64,000 bases of DNA. Origin: Flaccisagitta enflata (Eukaryota). Within the stretch, counting starts at the first letter, position 1. Every line of letters starts with the position of its first letter. This document shows positions 27,059-46,236 of the stretch, in pieces. The notes beneath the pieces are model-generated. The model was not told the DNA's origin. It searched no databases and was given only the letters and a program-made list of their open reading frames with translations. The stretch spans positions 31,620,001 through 31,684,000 of the forward strand of contig OZ231126.1 in the NCBI GenBank assembly GCA_965153355.1, read 5' to 3'. The position numbers and the translations under genes are program-made.

Positions 27059-27540
27059 TTCCTCACCCTCTCATTCTCTCGTTTCTTCTCATTCCTACGT
27101 CAGCTTCGGTATTAGAAGCATTGTTTGCACGTTACCGATTTTGGAGGTTTGACCGTACAAACAACCAATTAAGACATCAAATATGGACATGGTCAATCCT
27201 CGATTTTTTTTCCTTCTCAGTAATCGATTATCAGTTATCACTTTCGCCCCTTTCTGCTCTAAACCCCTCCCCCTCTCCATGACTCCCTCCTCTTTGCCTC
27301 CTCTCCTCACTTACAGAATCTTTCCTCACTAATCAGTAATTGGTTATTTGGGATAATCCTGTCCTGAGTGAATTGGCGTGTACTTAAAAGAAGTTTAGTT
27401 TTTTGAACCATGGATGGATACGATAGCGAATTGTTTCCCTTTTCCTCGGAATCCATCTATCTGTCTACTTCGATTTTCTCTGTGTGCATGTCTTTCCATC
27501 AGTCTGTCTGTGTGTCTGTCTGTCTTGGTCTTTCTAAGAC

Positions 27541-27656
<116 letters not shown>

Positions 27657-28899
27657 CATTCACGCCCTGATTCATTCTAGAAAGTTAAAATTGATTTTGT
27701 TCCCCTTAAAATCAATTCACCCTGCAACATTTTATATGCGTCCTCGGACATCTTCAAGAGGTCATATCCGTCGCACAGTTGGTCGATTGGTTCGTTGGTT
27801 GGTTGGTAGGTCAGTAGGTCGGTCCCGCTCTCAATTTTAACACGCAAAACATCTGATTCCGACGTCTTTCTTCATTCCCGTCACCATCTATGCCTTCCCA
27901 CATTCGTTTTCTTTCATTCATACATTCATTCATTCATTCATTCATTCATTCATTCATTCATTTATTCATTCATTCATTCATTCATTCATTCATTCATTCA
28001 TTCATTCATTCATTCATGCATACACAAATTCTTAAACAGTAAGACGCACGTATTGGCCATAACTTGGTCTGGTTTACATTTTGATGCCTTTGAAAAAAAC
28101 ATTCAAAAATTTAAAAAATTGGTTTTGCGGATGGATGAAGAGCGCGTGATTTAAGTGGACGTGATTCGACTGCTACAATATCGTCCCTTTGTACTTGTTT
28201 ATTGTCCATCTAATTGGAATAGGTAAACACTATCATGAAGACAAATGTAGCTAAGGTGTAATCTATTGCTTCACTTTGGTGTAGTTAAAGAAACATACAG
28301 ACAGTAAAGAGAGAAAAAAAAGTTTACAAGCTAGCAGCCTGGCAAAAGACAGCGAGCAAGCCGTCTAAACGAAAATGAGTAAGAAAGCATTTAGTGAAAA
28401 GATGAGAGCGAGCACCATGTCAGGTAAATGGCCAATGAGCAAACAAACAGCAATACCCTCAAAGATGTATATATTGAGTAGGCAAGGGTCCATTACACGC
28501 GTCACTTCATCTAATAACTTTAGCCGCGGCTGATAAGTCTTATTCGGGATCTCGGAGCAAATATGCTTCAAAAGCTTCCGTTAAGGAATGCGCATCAACC
28601 TATATCTGACGTCGGAGCACATTTTTAGCCAACTAAGACCAAACCTATATCTCACATTTTTGGTCAACTAAAACCAAACGCTTCAAATGCGTTACTGTTA
28701 CTCAATACGGAGAATCATGAACCAGCGGCACTCGTCATTGAGACATCGCTCACTCGTTATACAGCTTTTTGATAAATTCTACGATTTTGAATTTTCAAAA
28801 CGACGCATTCAACGCTCAAAAGCGGTATTAAAACCAACGATGACTTGCTGCATTACAACATTATCTACTTGAATACTACTTACTATTACTACTACTACT

Positions 28900-28992
<93 letters not shown>

Positions 28993-29031
28993 AGTATGAT
29001 TCTTTTGGAATGCAACATAAGAAACCTATAT

Positions 29032-29936
29032 AACTCTGCTCCTGAGCATCGTAGCAAGATGCGGATTGCGCCATTGGAAAGAGCGCAAAAAACTATTTTT
29101 TTATGTCTTTTTCTGATATTTTGCTGGAATTTGAAATTTTTCTACCACACCTAGAGCAAAAACATTGAAATCTCCAACAACTATGGCAAAGAAAAAAAGC
29201 GAACAGTTTGTTTTGCTGTTTTCTGCTTTACTATGGGCCTGAGCTATAGAAAATCCATGACCGTTTGAAAGCTCTGCAAAATATCTTCCAATTGCGACGT
29301 TGCTGGTCATTGTAGCTTTATTTGTTTAGAAATGGCCAACGTTTGAAGAAAAATATCACTGATTGAAAAAAGCGCTTATTTCATTTTTTTTCTAATGAGC
29401 AATTTTAGATTTGCTGTTTTTGTCAATGATGCAGCTCAGGATTGTCTTAGCTACTTTTTATCCATGAGCAAATTAAAGAGCTTCAAATTTTCTTTAAAAT
29501 GGCGCCAAAAACAAATTTCTAACTCTATGCGTTTAATTTCTATGTTAGAATAAACATTACCCATGAAAATCACATAGTGAATTTCCAAATTCTTGACTAC
29601 CTGTCTTCACCCTAATGCCATTTCTAAACGGATAGAGCTAGGACATCCAGCAACGTCTCATTTGAAAGATCTTTCGCAGAGCTTCAAAATGGTCATGGAT
29701 TTTGCTACGTTTTTCTTATTGCTTGGGTGTGAAACTGAACAGATTATTATTTTCTTTTAGAAGGAGAATTTGATAGCCAATTTCTGGGTGTTGAAGATTT
29801 CAATGTTTTTGCTCTAGGTGTGGTAGAAAAATTTCAAATTCCAGCAAAATATCAGAAAAAGACATAAAAAAATAGTTTTTTGCGCTCTTTTCAATGGCGC
29901 AATCCGCATCTTGCTACGATGCTCAGGAGCAGAGTT
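29032..29936. mobile_element. Young MITE with ~148-bp near-perfect TIRs
   Basis: aactctgctcctgagcatcgtagcaagatgcgg... is the reverse complement of ...ccgcatcttgctacgatgctcaggagcagagtt. Internal segment 29615-29720 is related (inverted) to 5770-5870. Confidence 0.85.
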
Positions 29937-30982
29937 TCCAACATTTCTCTAATGTTTTTTAATATTTTTCAGAGAACAGTATTGGTGGGAGGCTATGAGA
30001 ATCTTTTGACCCACTTGTCGCAGACCATAGCCAAACACCCTCTAGGTTTTACTATAGTTTTAATTATTATTCCTAATATATTTTTTTAAAAAAGATTTTT
30101 TCCTATAATAAAGAATTTTGAAAATAATTGGGAAAACTCATGATATTCTTTTTGATGTCATGGCGTGTTCCTGATGATTTCTATATTCTACAAACCATGC
30201 AGTGAAGGACACCTTCAAGGTGTGCCCCACCTGTACTTGGGTCTTGGTGAATATATACATGTGTATTTTAAATTTATATGTATATATGGGGCGAAACCCT
30301 TTTTTTGGGTACAGGACACCAACTGATGACCAGAAGCTGAATGGTTTGTTATTATATCAAATTATATTAATTATATCAATTTTTATTAATTTTTATGGAC
30401 ATGTACAAAACCTTTTACCCCTCATGGTGACCTATCATCCCATGATATATCTTCTTTGAAGATGAAGGCTTTTTTCCCTTTAATCACTAAGAAGTAATTA
30501 TAACCTTAACCAATTTTAGTAAAAATTCACCTTTCTCCCACCCCCCTAATTAGGATAAAGGGGCTCAGCTGGGGATATGGACACCCTGGTTCCTTTTTTT
30601 CAGTTAGGTAATTTTAACCAAAATTGGGCTGAGTTGATGGTCCCGATCAATGCCAGAGGACAGCTCTAACAATACCCTTCCCCTAAAATATTTTTATATA
30701 TTTTTTTAAAATACACTTAAAATTTTGTTTTAAATAGAAGAAATATGACACATTTAGTAAAAAGTATATACCTGAGGAATTTTGATAGCGTTTCAAAAAA
30801 CCATATATTAGGTATGTATGTGTATGTAATGGAAGCTTACACTATATAAATGTCCGTATTTTTTCAGATTTTCTTTAAAGTTAAATGTTTCTTATTTGGA
30901 TAATTGTATGAGTTTTATGTAGAATAAATTGTTGCACACATCATATAGGTTTCTTATGTTGCATTCCAAAAAAATCATACTG

Positions 30983-31026
<44 letters not shown>

Positions 31027-31104
31027 ACTACTTACTTACTACTTACTTACATTACGACATTATATACTTGAATACTACTTCTACTTGTTTGGTAGGCTAG
31101 TTTC

Positions 31105-31291
31105 TTTGTCGCATACACGCGACTCTATGACCCGGTCGGTCTGTACGTCCGTCCGTCCGTCCGTCACCGTTTGCTTTTTCGGCTTTTACGAGCGGTTTTT
31201 GCATTAGTGCTCCTGCCCAATAGCTTGGGTTAGCCTTTCATCACTGCCCCTGCCCACCCGCACGCGACTTCGGTAGCCGTGTATCCGGCCT
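31105..31291 (+). mobile_element. Family-A HINE-like element
   Basis: gtcgcatacacgcgactctat, (GTCC)n, cccctgcccacccgcacgcgact, gccgtgtatccggcc hairpin. Confidence 0.7.
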
Positions 31292-31657
31292 CGATTGTTT
31301 TATTTGCTTGGTTTTTTTTTTCATTTAAGCGTTGATTCATTGCCATTAGTTCACTACCATATGAAAATAACGACATGCCACACACTTTTATTGAGTGATT
31401 GATTGAGGGTGTCACACTCTTTTCTCAATACATGTCTTTAAAAAGTGCTCAAATCAAATCACCTACTAGAGACAGAAACTATGACAGCAAAAGAAAGAAA
31501 GGAAGACAGACAATATGACAGTAAAAAAAAACTCAAAGAGATGGACAATCGATGAGAGTTGTTCAAAAGAGCGAGTTTGTAACCTTTCCTCTGGGGGCAA
31601 CAATACAGGTCAAATCTTTTGAATCGTTACGCTTGTAAAGACCGCGTCAAACAATCC

Positions 31658-31723
<66 letters not shown>

Positions 31724-32138
31724 GAGAAAGAAAGAAAGACAAGAAACTGGACAAAGGAAGGGAAAGAGATTGACGATGGGTGAAAGTGTTTTGAAACCGA
31801 AGTAGAGGAGGGATAGTGAGACAGGGACACGCCACAGAGTTACAGAAAACCAAAGATAGGGAAATAGACAGGCAGACAGACCGACAGAAAAGATAGGCTG
31901 ACAGATTGACAGACAAATAGACAACCGTAAGGAATGAATGACAGAGAGAAAGGGGGAAACGAATGGAGAAGAGAGAAAGAGAGAGAGAGTCAAATATTTA
32001 CGATACAAAGGTCCTAAAGGGGAGGGATTGATGAGGGTAAGCCAAGCACTTGTGACCCGGGCAATTGGCATACCCTCGTTATAAACTCATTCAAAAACCT
32101 CTCTTACGTCAGATGAGGGAGGAAAGGGTGTAAGTGTG

Positions 32139-32177
<39 letters not shown>

Positions 32178-32840
32178 CAGACAAGCAAGCGGACAGACGG
32201 ACGAGATGTAAGGAACAGATAGAGACGGCCAGACAGACAGACAGAAAAATAGATGGGGGAAAAAGAATTGAAGGGAAAACACGCACAGGCAGACACAGAG
32301 ACACAGATATCTTAAGAGGCATCTAGATAAGAGAAAAAAATAGTTAAGTACTTGATTTCTTTTTTTCTTTTTCTTATTCTTTTTTTCTTTTTCTTTTTCT
32401 TTTTCTTTTTCTCTTTCTTTTTCTTTTTCTTTTTTTCTTTTTCTTTTTCTTTTTCTTTTTCTTTTTCTCTTTCTTTTTCTCTTTCTTTTTCTTTTTCTTT
32501 TTCTTTTTCTTTTTCTTTTTCTTTTTCTTTTTCTTTTTCTATTCCTGTTTGTTTTCTCTTTCTCTTTCTTAATCACGTGGCCCCTCAAAAGAACGGTCAC
32601 GTGAGTCTGAGGGCCTTTTGTGATCCTCGTTGAGTAATCAATCCCCAAGTTTCAAAGCTAAGATACTTTTAAGAGAGATGAGCTCTTCTTAGACGTCTTT
32701 TTGAATTCACTTCTATTGAGATCATCCTTTCTTGGATCTACAGACATGGTAAATCCCGCTAAGACGGATCCAAAAGTAACGGATGCCCAGCAATAATGTT
32801 CAACGATCTTTGATCTATTCTTTTCAATATAATATTTCTT

Positions 32841-33560
32841 TTATTTCATATGTTTTGGAAGATCAAATTTGACAGTCCCTAGAGTTCTAGTTCCGTTTTT
32901 GCGGTCCTTTCTTTCCATTCCAAATATTTTGTCTTTAGGGATAGACATTTGATATATCCCGCACTGTGGTTTGCACATGACTATTGCAGAGTTACTTTCT
33001 CTTATTTTTCTGAAGAGAAAAGGAATAAGGATCTTTATCATTTTCACATGAGATATTCAATACGCATTGTGCAATTATGTACCTTCTTGAAATGAAAAAT
33101 CGTCGAATCAAAAATTAACCTCCAAATTTTGTAGATGCTGTACCTCACATGACTAACACCAGAGAAAGATATTGTGAGGGCGCCTTTAGAATTTTCTCTT
33201 AGAATTTGATCATTTTGTACCTTCTTTATCACTTCCTCATAGCATGTTGTCCTCGACAACAAGAAAAGATTTCTTTGCCCATTTGCCATAGATTCATCCG
33301 ACGGTCTGTCTGCCCATTCCTTGGTCTCAGATGTGCTTATCAAAACACGCATTGTTCCATTCCTATCCAATCAAATGCGACAGGAACTATATATACAAAC
33401 ATACCAAAGATCTCTCTCTAGATCACTCGCTTCGATTTTTGAAAATCCATCCCTTAATGGCATTGGCTTGAAGAGGTTTGTGACTCTGGATTTCTGGTTA
33501 ATTTCCAAGAGTTTTATCTCTTTTTACAAACTCATGATGAATTTAACATAAGTTCCTTTG
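32841..33560 (-). pseudogene. Possible degenerate LINE ORF1 (gag-like) relic
   Basis: Stop-interrupted frame with LDRNGTMRVL, RENSKGALTI and RKDRKNGTRTLGTVKFDLPKHM, loosely matching the recalled LRNG.LL / NSSKGVI / T..ILTF..LP order of I/Jockey-type ORF1. No zinc knuckle seen. Confidence 0.3.
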
Positions 33561-34561
33561 AGAGTATCATTACTCGAGATAAGAGACTTTGCTGGAGAAA
33601 ATACCGACTTCAAGATGTTCTGTTTTTAAGTGACTGTCTGCAAAGGAAATGAGAGAAGGAGGAATGAATTTAAGAGGATTTTCTCTTTTCTTTTATTCAT
33701 TTCAATCAATCAGAGAAAGAAAAATGGTAAAACAACTTTTAACAATTAATGTTAAAACGATTTTCTATAAAATAGGAAAAAAAATGCGATGACTGGAAAA
33801 AACACCGGAGCAGAAATAATGGATGACTGGAAAAGACGCATTATAATGTTAGGAGAAAAAAACTACAATGGATATAAGAAATCAAGTCTTTTTTTTTTTT
33901 CCTTTTTTTGAATGATAAAAAAACCTAGTATTTTGATGTAAATCTACTCGTTGGCAATTAACAGTGTTATTTCTACTTCTTCTTCATCTTTGCCTTCGAT
34001 TAAGTTTGATAAACAATTCAAAGTATCATGAGAAATTTTTTTAAGAAGACAATTCAATTGTTATCATTACTTTTAAAATGTTTACAGAGAAAGAATCTAT
34101 CCAAATTCTTTCATCACATTAAAGTATGGATGTTCAATCCCATTCATATATGTTGAATGAGTAACAACGATAGAATGAAAATACTTAAAATGTTTCTTTT
34201 CTACAAAGAAAGAGTTAGAAAGATTTATTGTTTTATTGCGATTCACATGTTCTGCCTAATAAACAAATAGGCGAGGCTGAATGTAAAGGCAACGATCACA
34301 ACATTGAAAACCGAGGCAAATAGAGACGGTAGATATATGTTATACAATCATCAATCATCAATTCAAGAAATAGTCATCAAAAAGAATAAAGAAGAAAGAG
34401 AGGCACGAGTGGGCTGAAAAAGTAATCGTATTAATATGGCAGAGAAACCTGATCTGGAAAATAAAGTCAGATTCATAAAATGCAAATTAAGAGACGCTGC
34501 TTGTGGACAACAGTAAGAAGATAAATGTGGTTGTGTGGGCGACCGGGCGTGAAGACGCCAA

Positions 34562-34698
<137 letters not shown>

Positions 34699-35157
34699 GG
34701 GGAAACATATTGAAGGATAGACAGACTGACGGACTGACGGACATGCACAGCATCAAAATGACTAAATTTGCTGCCACCAGATGTTCACTGATCTGGGTGG
34801 GTCGAATGGTATGAGGCTTGCACTAGTGAATAAACTGAAAGACGAGAAGTCAAATTTCTTCCTAACAAAGGAAGAAGTATCATCTTGGAAGACAGTCAGA
34901 TTATGATCCAGACAGACTGATAACAAACAGACAAAGACGGGCAAAGGAATGGACAAACAAACAGAGAGTCAAAAGTGAGTCAGACAGATAGACAGAAAAA
35001 CAGAGAGTGAGAAAAATAGATAGAAAACCAGATGTACAACAAACATTTGTCTTTGGGCGTATTCTGTTTTCGTGTCATTCAATCCGTCATTTTATTGGAA
35101 GAATGCAATTCTTTTGACAGGAAGACAGGAGTGGGGAGGGTCAATGATTGAAATTAT

Positions 35158-35400
35158 CGAGGTTGGGGAGGGTCGGCAGGTGAAAGAGTTGGGGGTGGGG
35201 AGGGTCAACAAACAAAATAATCGAGGCTGGGGAGGGTCGGCAGGTGAAAGAGTTGGGGGTGGGGAGGATCAACAAACGAAATAATCGAGGCTGGGGAGGG
35301 TCGGCAGGTGAAAGAGTTGGGGGTGGGGAGGGTCAACAAACAAAATAATCGAGGCTGGGGAGGGTCGGCAGGTGAAAGATTAGGGGGTGGGGAGGGTCGG
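35158..35400 (+). repeat. G-rich minisatellite, 64-bp unit, ~4 copies
   Basis: cgaggctggggagggtcggcaggtgaaagagttgggggtggggagggtcaacaaacaaaataat at 35158, 35222, 35286 and 35350. Confidence 0.92.
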
Positions 35401-35560
35401 AAAATAGGATGGGGAAGTTGTACTTGAGGGTGTAAAGAATATTGTGGGCGTTTTATGAAATGAGGTACAGCTGTCAAACTTTGTAGGCAATTCGTACAAC
35501 GCAAATTGGTGTAGCAACAACAAAGAACAAAACAACAACAACAACAACAACAACAACAGC

Positions 35561-35613
<53 letters not shown>

Positions 35614-35615
35614 CT

Positions 35616-35646
<31 letters not shown>

Positions 35647-35919
35647 CTAAGGCGAGCCAAAATCGACCTTTGAAGGCAGTATACATTGGAAGTTGAAGGA
35701 AGAGTGAAAAATTGTTCAAAAAATATCCATTTGGCATATCATGTCAAAAACATTTCTTAGAAGAAAAAAAAAAGACACAAAAAACTAGGTTATAAAAAGC
35801 AATATGTAAAAACATCCTCTTAAAGCTCTTATTTGACTAAAGTTCATCCCCCTTCCGGCATGTAAAGCCCACCTTTTTTTGTTTTTTGAATACAAATTGA
35901 CAAATATTCTCCTATATTT

Positions 35920-36445
35920 CATGGCACTACGCTATACGGTTGTAACAATTTGACGATTGATACACTCATGACAGGTGTGGCGGACCATCTGTCAAACCAT
36001 CGGTTACAATATCTGTTTAAAAATTTCATCGTGACAGACGTGAGTTGAAGCCACGCCTGAGCTTGAGATATTCACAACAAAGTCCACAGTCACTAGCCAA
36101 CGTCTATTGCAGTATTGCCTCACTACCTCCTAAACACACCCTACATCGCCCCAGTCTTGAATGATGCTATTGAAGGCTACGTATGGCAGCGTTTTATTTC
36201 TTCTTCCCAAATATCCCGAAGACCCTCTACAGTCTACACCTCCCCAACAATCTTAATGACTCCTGATTTCATGCGTAGCATGGTTAATGCTGTCAATGAC
36301 AATCATATATTGCAGATTTGTCCGACTTTTTCACGACCACCCTCCACACCATTCCAGCAGTCATAATGACAAGGTAGAGTTGATGCACAGCATGCGATAC
36401 TCTGACGATAGTGTCGGCCATCTTTCGTAGCATGCACCATCGCCT
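35920..36445 (-). repeat. Degenerate tandem copies of the CAS C-terminal codons and stop region
   Basis: 36345-36433 translates MLRKMADTIVRVSHAVHQLYLVIMTAGMV versus gene TLQQMVDTVVRVSQAAHQLKTVIMTAGEV. Fainter copies at ~36235-36305, 36115-36170, 36025-36075 and 35950-35990. Confidence 0.75.
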
Positions 36446-36465
36446 CACTACTTCCTTAGCAACCT

Positions 36466-42649
<6,184 letters not shown>

Positions 42650-43454
42650 ATTTATATTTGAATGTCGCTTTCTGTCTGTTTTGCAGTTATTTTCTTTGTA
42701 GTTATCTTTGTCTCTTCAAAGACTTTTTTTATGTTAAATTCATTGTCTCAAGTAGCTCGAATTTTAATCCTTTCCGATAATTAGGTTTTTTTCACGGATC
42801 GTTCATTTTTCACGTTTTTACGCAGCATCGGTCAATAGCAAATCATGTTGGTTTTCAATCTCTGCAAAGAAAAAATAATGTAAAAATCATATAGATTGTG
42901 GTCGTAGAACAATCTAAGCATCCGTGTAAAGGATTCTTTCTTGAGTTCTTGTGTCATCTAGATTGTCATCTATCTTTTTTCCCTTTTTTTGTAACTGTTT
43001 TCCTTTATTGGTTATTTGTGGTCTGCGGTTAAAATGACATTTAATGATCAAAATGAAGAAATGCCCATTAAACCATTTAAACATCGATCATTCAAACTAT
43101 GTCCCTCCTTTGCCAAAGGCTTTGGTTTTCAACGCCTATCAGAAAATAAAGAAGGATCTCGAACAGAATGATTTCAACATCAAAAGATTTTTTTTTAATT
43201 GTTTCTTTTTCTTTCCTGAATAATCTCTTCGATAATTAATGTTCGTCGGAAATACTCTTGAAAGTGATTTTCTATCTTGCTCTTTTTTCTTGACATTTTT
43301 TATCTTGCTCTTTTTCTTGACTTTTTTTCTCGAACAGCAACGGAGCTTTCTGGCTTTTTCGCGTACTTAGAATTTTTGTTTCAAACTGTTTTTTTTTCTT
43401 CAATTACCAGGAATTCTTCGGTCAGAGAGGAATAGCAAAACCGACTGAATGTGC

Positions 43455-43620
43455 CGACCAACGGACTGGCCAACAGGCCGACCAACGGACTGGCCAACGG
43501 ATCGACCAACAGGCCGACCAACGGACCGGCCAACGGGCCGACCAGTGGACCGACCAACGGACCGACCAACGAACTTGCCAACGGACTGTTTAATGGAATG
43601 GCCTACAGATTAGCCAACGG
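43455..43620 (+). repeat. 12-bp minisatellite (GACCAACGGACC-like)
   Basis: ccaacgg/ccaacag recurring about every 12 bp. Confidence 0.8.
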
Positions 43621-43639
43621 TGATATGAAACATTCGCGA

Positions 43640-43758
43640 TTTTTAGGTGCGACAAAGCACCTCTATAATTGGCTGTGTCCGTTGGTTGGTCTGTTGGTCT
43701 GTAACGCATTCGTTCGACGATCCACACATCGCACCTTATTGGCCTACTTGGCCTTGTT
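43640..43758 (+). mobile_element. Short family-A HINE-like element
   Basis: subTIR AGGTGCGA (43645) / TCGCACCT (43729); 3' hairpin ggcc-tactt-ggcc followed by ttgtt. Confidence 0.7.
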
Positions 43759-43798
43759 ATCTTTTTTTCCACATTTTATCAACAATTTGTTACTTTTT

Positions 43799-44312
43799 GG
43801 GCAGCGGCCTCAAAGGGGACGAAGTCCTGTAGAACACAGGGGACTTTTGTTCGTTCGCTTGTCCGTCCGTCTGTTCGTTTGTCCCCCCCAGGCCCTCTCA
43901 GGCCTGGAATCTGCCCTCTCCAGCCTAAAATCTGCCTTCTCAGGCCTGAAATCAGCCCTCTTAGGCCTTGAATCTGGCCTCCCAGGCCTGAAATTTGCCC
44001 TTTCAGGCCTGAAACATGTCCTCTCTGGTTTTTGATCTGCCCTCTCAGGCCTGAAATCTACCCTCTCAGATTCAAGGCCTGAGAAGGCAGATTTCAGGCC
44101 TGAGAGGGCAGATTTTAGGCCTGAGAAGACAGATTTCAGGCCTAAGAGGACGGACCGACAGACGGATGGATGAACGAACAAACGAAAGTCCCCTGTGTTC
44201 TACAAGACTTCGTCTCCTTCGGGGCCGCTGCCCTGCCTCTCATTCTGATTTACAACTATGCAAAGAAGGGCAACGGGCATGGCTGACCACGTATTGCCCT
44301 TGGGCGACTTGT
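43799..44312 (+). mobile_element. Complete family-B element (palindromic HINE-like)
   Basis: ~45-bp inverted repeats (43799.. / ..44233), GTCY tracts, 21-bp repeat ggcctgaaatctgccctctca switching orientation at ~44070, 3' hairpin ttgccc-tt-gggcga. Confidence 0.8.
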
Positions 44313-45332
44313 TTTTGTTTGTTCAGAATAAACGCTCAATCTTTTGTCACGTAGGTAGGACAGTACAAACAACCAAAGTTACAAGAATTATCCCGTTTCT
44401 TTTCAGATTAAGGTAGTTCCGTACTCGTTGTGCTGTTTTTTTTTGTTTTGTTTTTTTTCTTTTTTGTATCTTCTTTTCATTTCTTTTTTCTTGCCCGGCC
44501 TTTTTCTCATTCATTCACGATTTTTTTTTCTCTATCAATTGTTCTTCTTTGACTCACCACTAAACCACTTTAACTCAATATTCTCTGCACAGTGGGGGGC
44601 TTGTTCGGCACACAATTTTCTCCAGGCATCGCAGTGGCTTAGAATATCACCCACTTCTCACAAAAATCCCTCAGTTTCAAGGAAAATGACCTCAGATTAA
44701 TTTCTACCATTCCGCACCAAGGTGGATGTTGTTGTTGAAATTCTGAAAAACACTAAAATGCAATTTCATTGCACTAAACTTTATATACAGTAATAGTGGG
44801 ATGTTTATCCAACTGTCACTTATTTTTGGCCTCACTGCCCCTGTCCAAGTGTTTCATTTACCCTAAAGATAGGCTATATCACTGATCCTGCCCACAGTGC
44901 CTAGCCAGAGATATGTTGGTTGAACTCCTCACTGATGCATGTTGTTTCCTGAAATCAGTGCATTCTTTGTGCATTCTTTGTAATGTTTGTGTGGCCAGAC
45001 AGGAGCAGTGATATTGACAGAATGAGGCACTTAAGCAGGGTCAGTTAGTAAATTCGCTCTATCTATTCAATTGCTTAAAGGTCATAGGAAAAGCGTGTGT
45101 CTTTAAAACTTTTCAGCTCACAGCTGACAAAAAGACTGGAAGACCAACAAACCAGCTAATCAGCTCATACTCATAGATATGCGTGGTGAATACCCGCTGT
45201 TAATTTGTAGAAGGCACCCTTAAAATGCAACAATAATTCCTCAAATTTCACTCTTTATAAAAATCTAGAGCAGACAAAGAACTTTTTGTACAAGAGCTTT
45301 TTCCGTATAGGAACAGTGAGAGAGAGACAGAC

Positions 45333-45377
<45 letters not shown>

Positions 45378-45689
45378 CCTCACCCAAATTTTTGTAATGG
45401 AAAATTTTGTTGTCATTTGTTCCTTTTAGGCAGCGGCCGAGGGCTGTTGACCTATGCTTTCACACATATGGAAGATTTTTATCCTTTTCCTCATCCTTCC
45501 TTCTTCTTCTTTTTTTTCTTCTTCTTCTTCTTCTTCTTCTTCTTCTTCTTCTTCTTCTCCTCCTCCTTCTTCTTCTTCTTCTTCTTCTTCTTCTTCTTCT
45601 TCTTCTTCTTCTTCTTCTTCTTCTTCTTCTTCATTCGCTGATCCCAGCCTTGAGGCATCAACCCTAGCCTCCGGGCCCTAGAAAGTATA

Positions 45690-46200
45690 ACAGGTGGCAA
45701 TATGTGGTCCTGCTTTGCATGGTTGTGAATTGGAGTAAGAGAAAGCGTCCCTAAAGGAGACAAAGTCCTGTAAAACATAGAGGGACTTTTGTTTGTCTGT
45801 CTGTCCATCCATCCATCAGTTCATCCATCCGCCCATCCATCCGCCTGTCCATCCATCTGTCTGTCTCTCCCAGGCTCTCTCAGGCCTGAAATCTACCCTC
45901 TCAGTACTGAGAGGGCAGATTTCAGGCCTGAAAGGCCAGATTTCAGGCCTAATAGGTCAGAATTCAGGCCTGAGGGCACATTTCAGGCCTGAGAGGGCAG
46001 ATTCAAGGCTTGACAAGGCAGAAATTAAGCCTGAGAGGGTAGATTTCAGGTCTGATAGGGGAGATTTAATGCCTGACAGGGCAGATTTCAGCCCTGAGAG
46101 GGCCTAGGGGGACGGACGGATGAACGAACGATCAAACGGATGGATGAACAAAAGTCCCCCTGTGTTCTACAGGACTTTGTCCCCCTTTGGGCCGCTGCCC
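45690..46200 (-). mobile_element. Family-B element
   Basis: 21-bp central repeats and the cccctgtgttctacaggactttgtccccctttgggccgctgccc|aaaaa end. Confidence 0.7.
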
Positions 46201-46236
46201 AAAAACGCGCGTTTGAGATGCCTCCTGTGTATTTTG

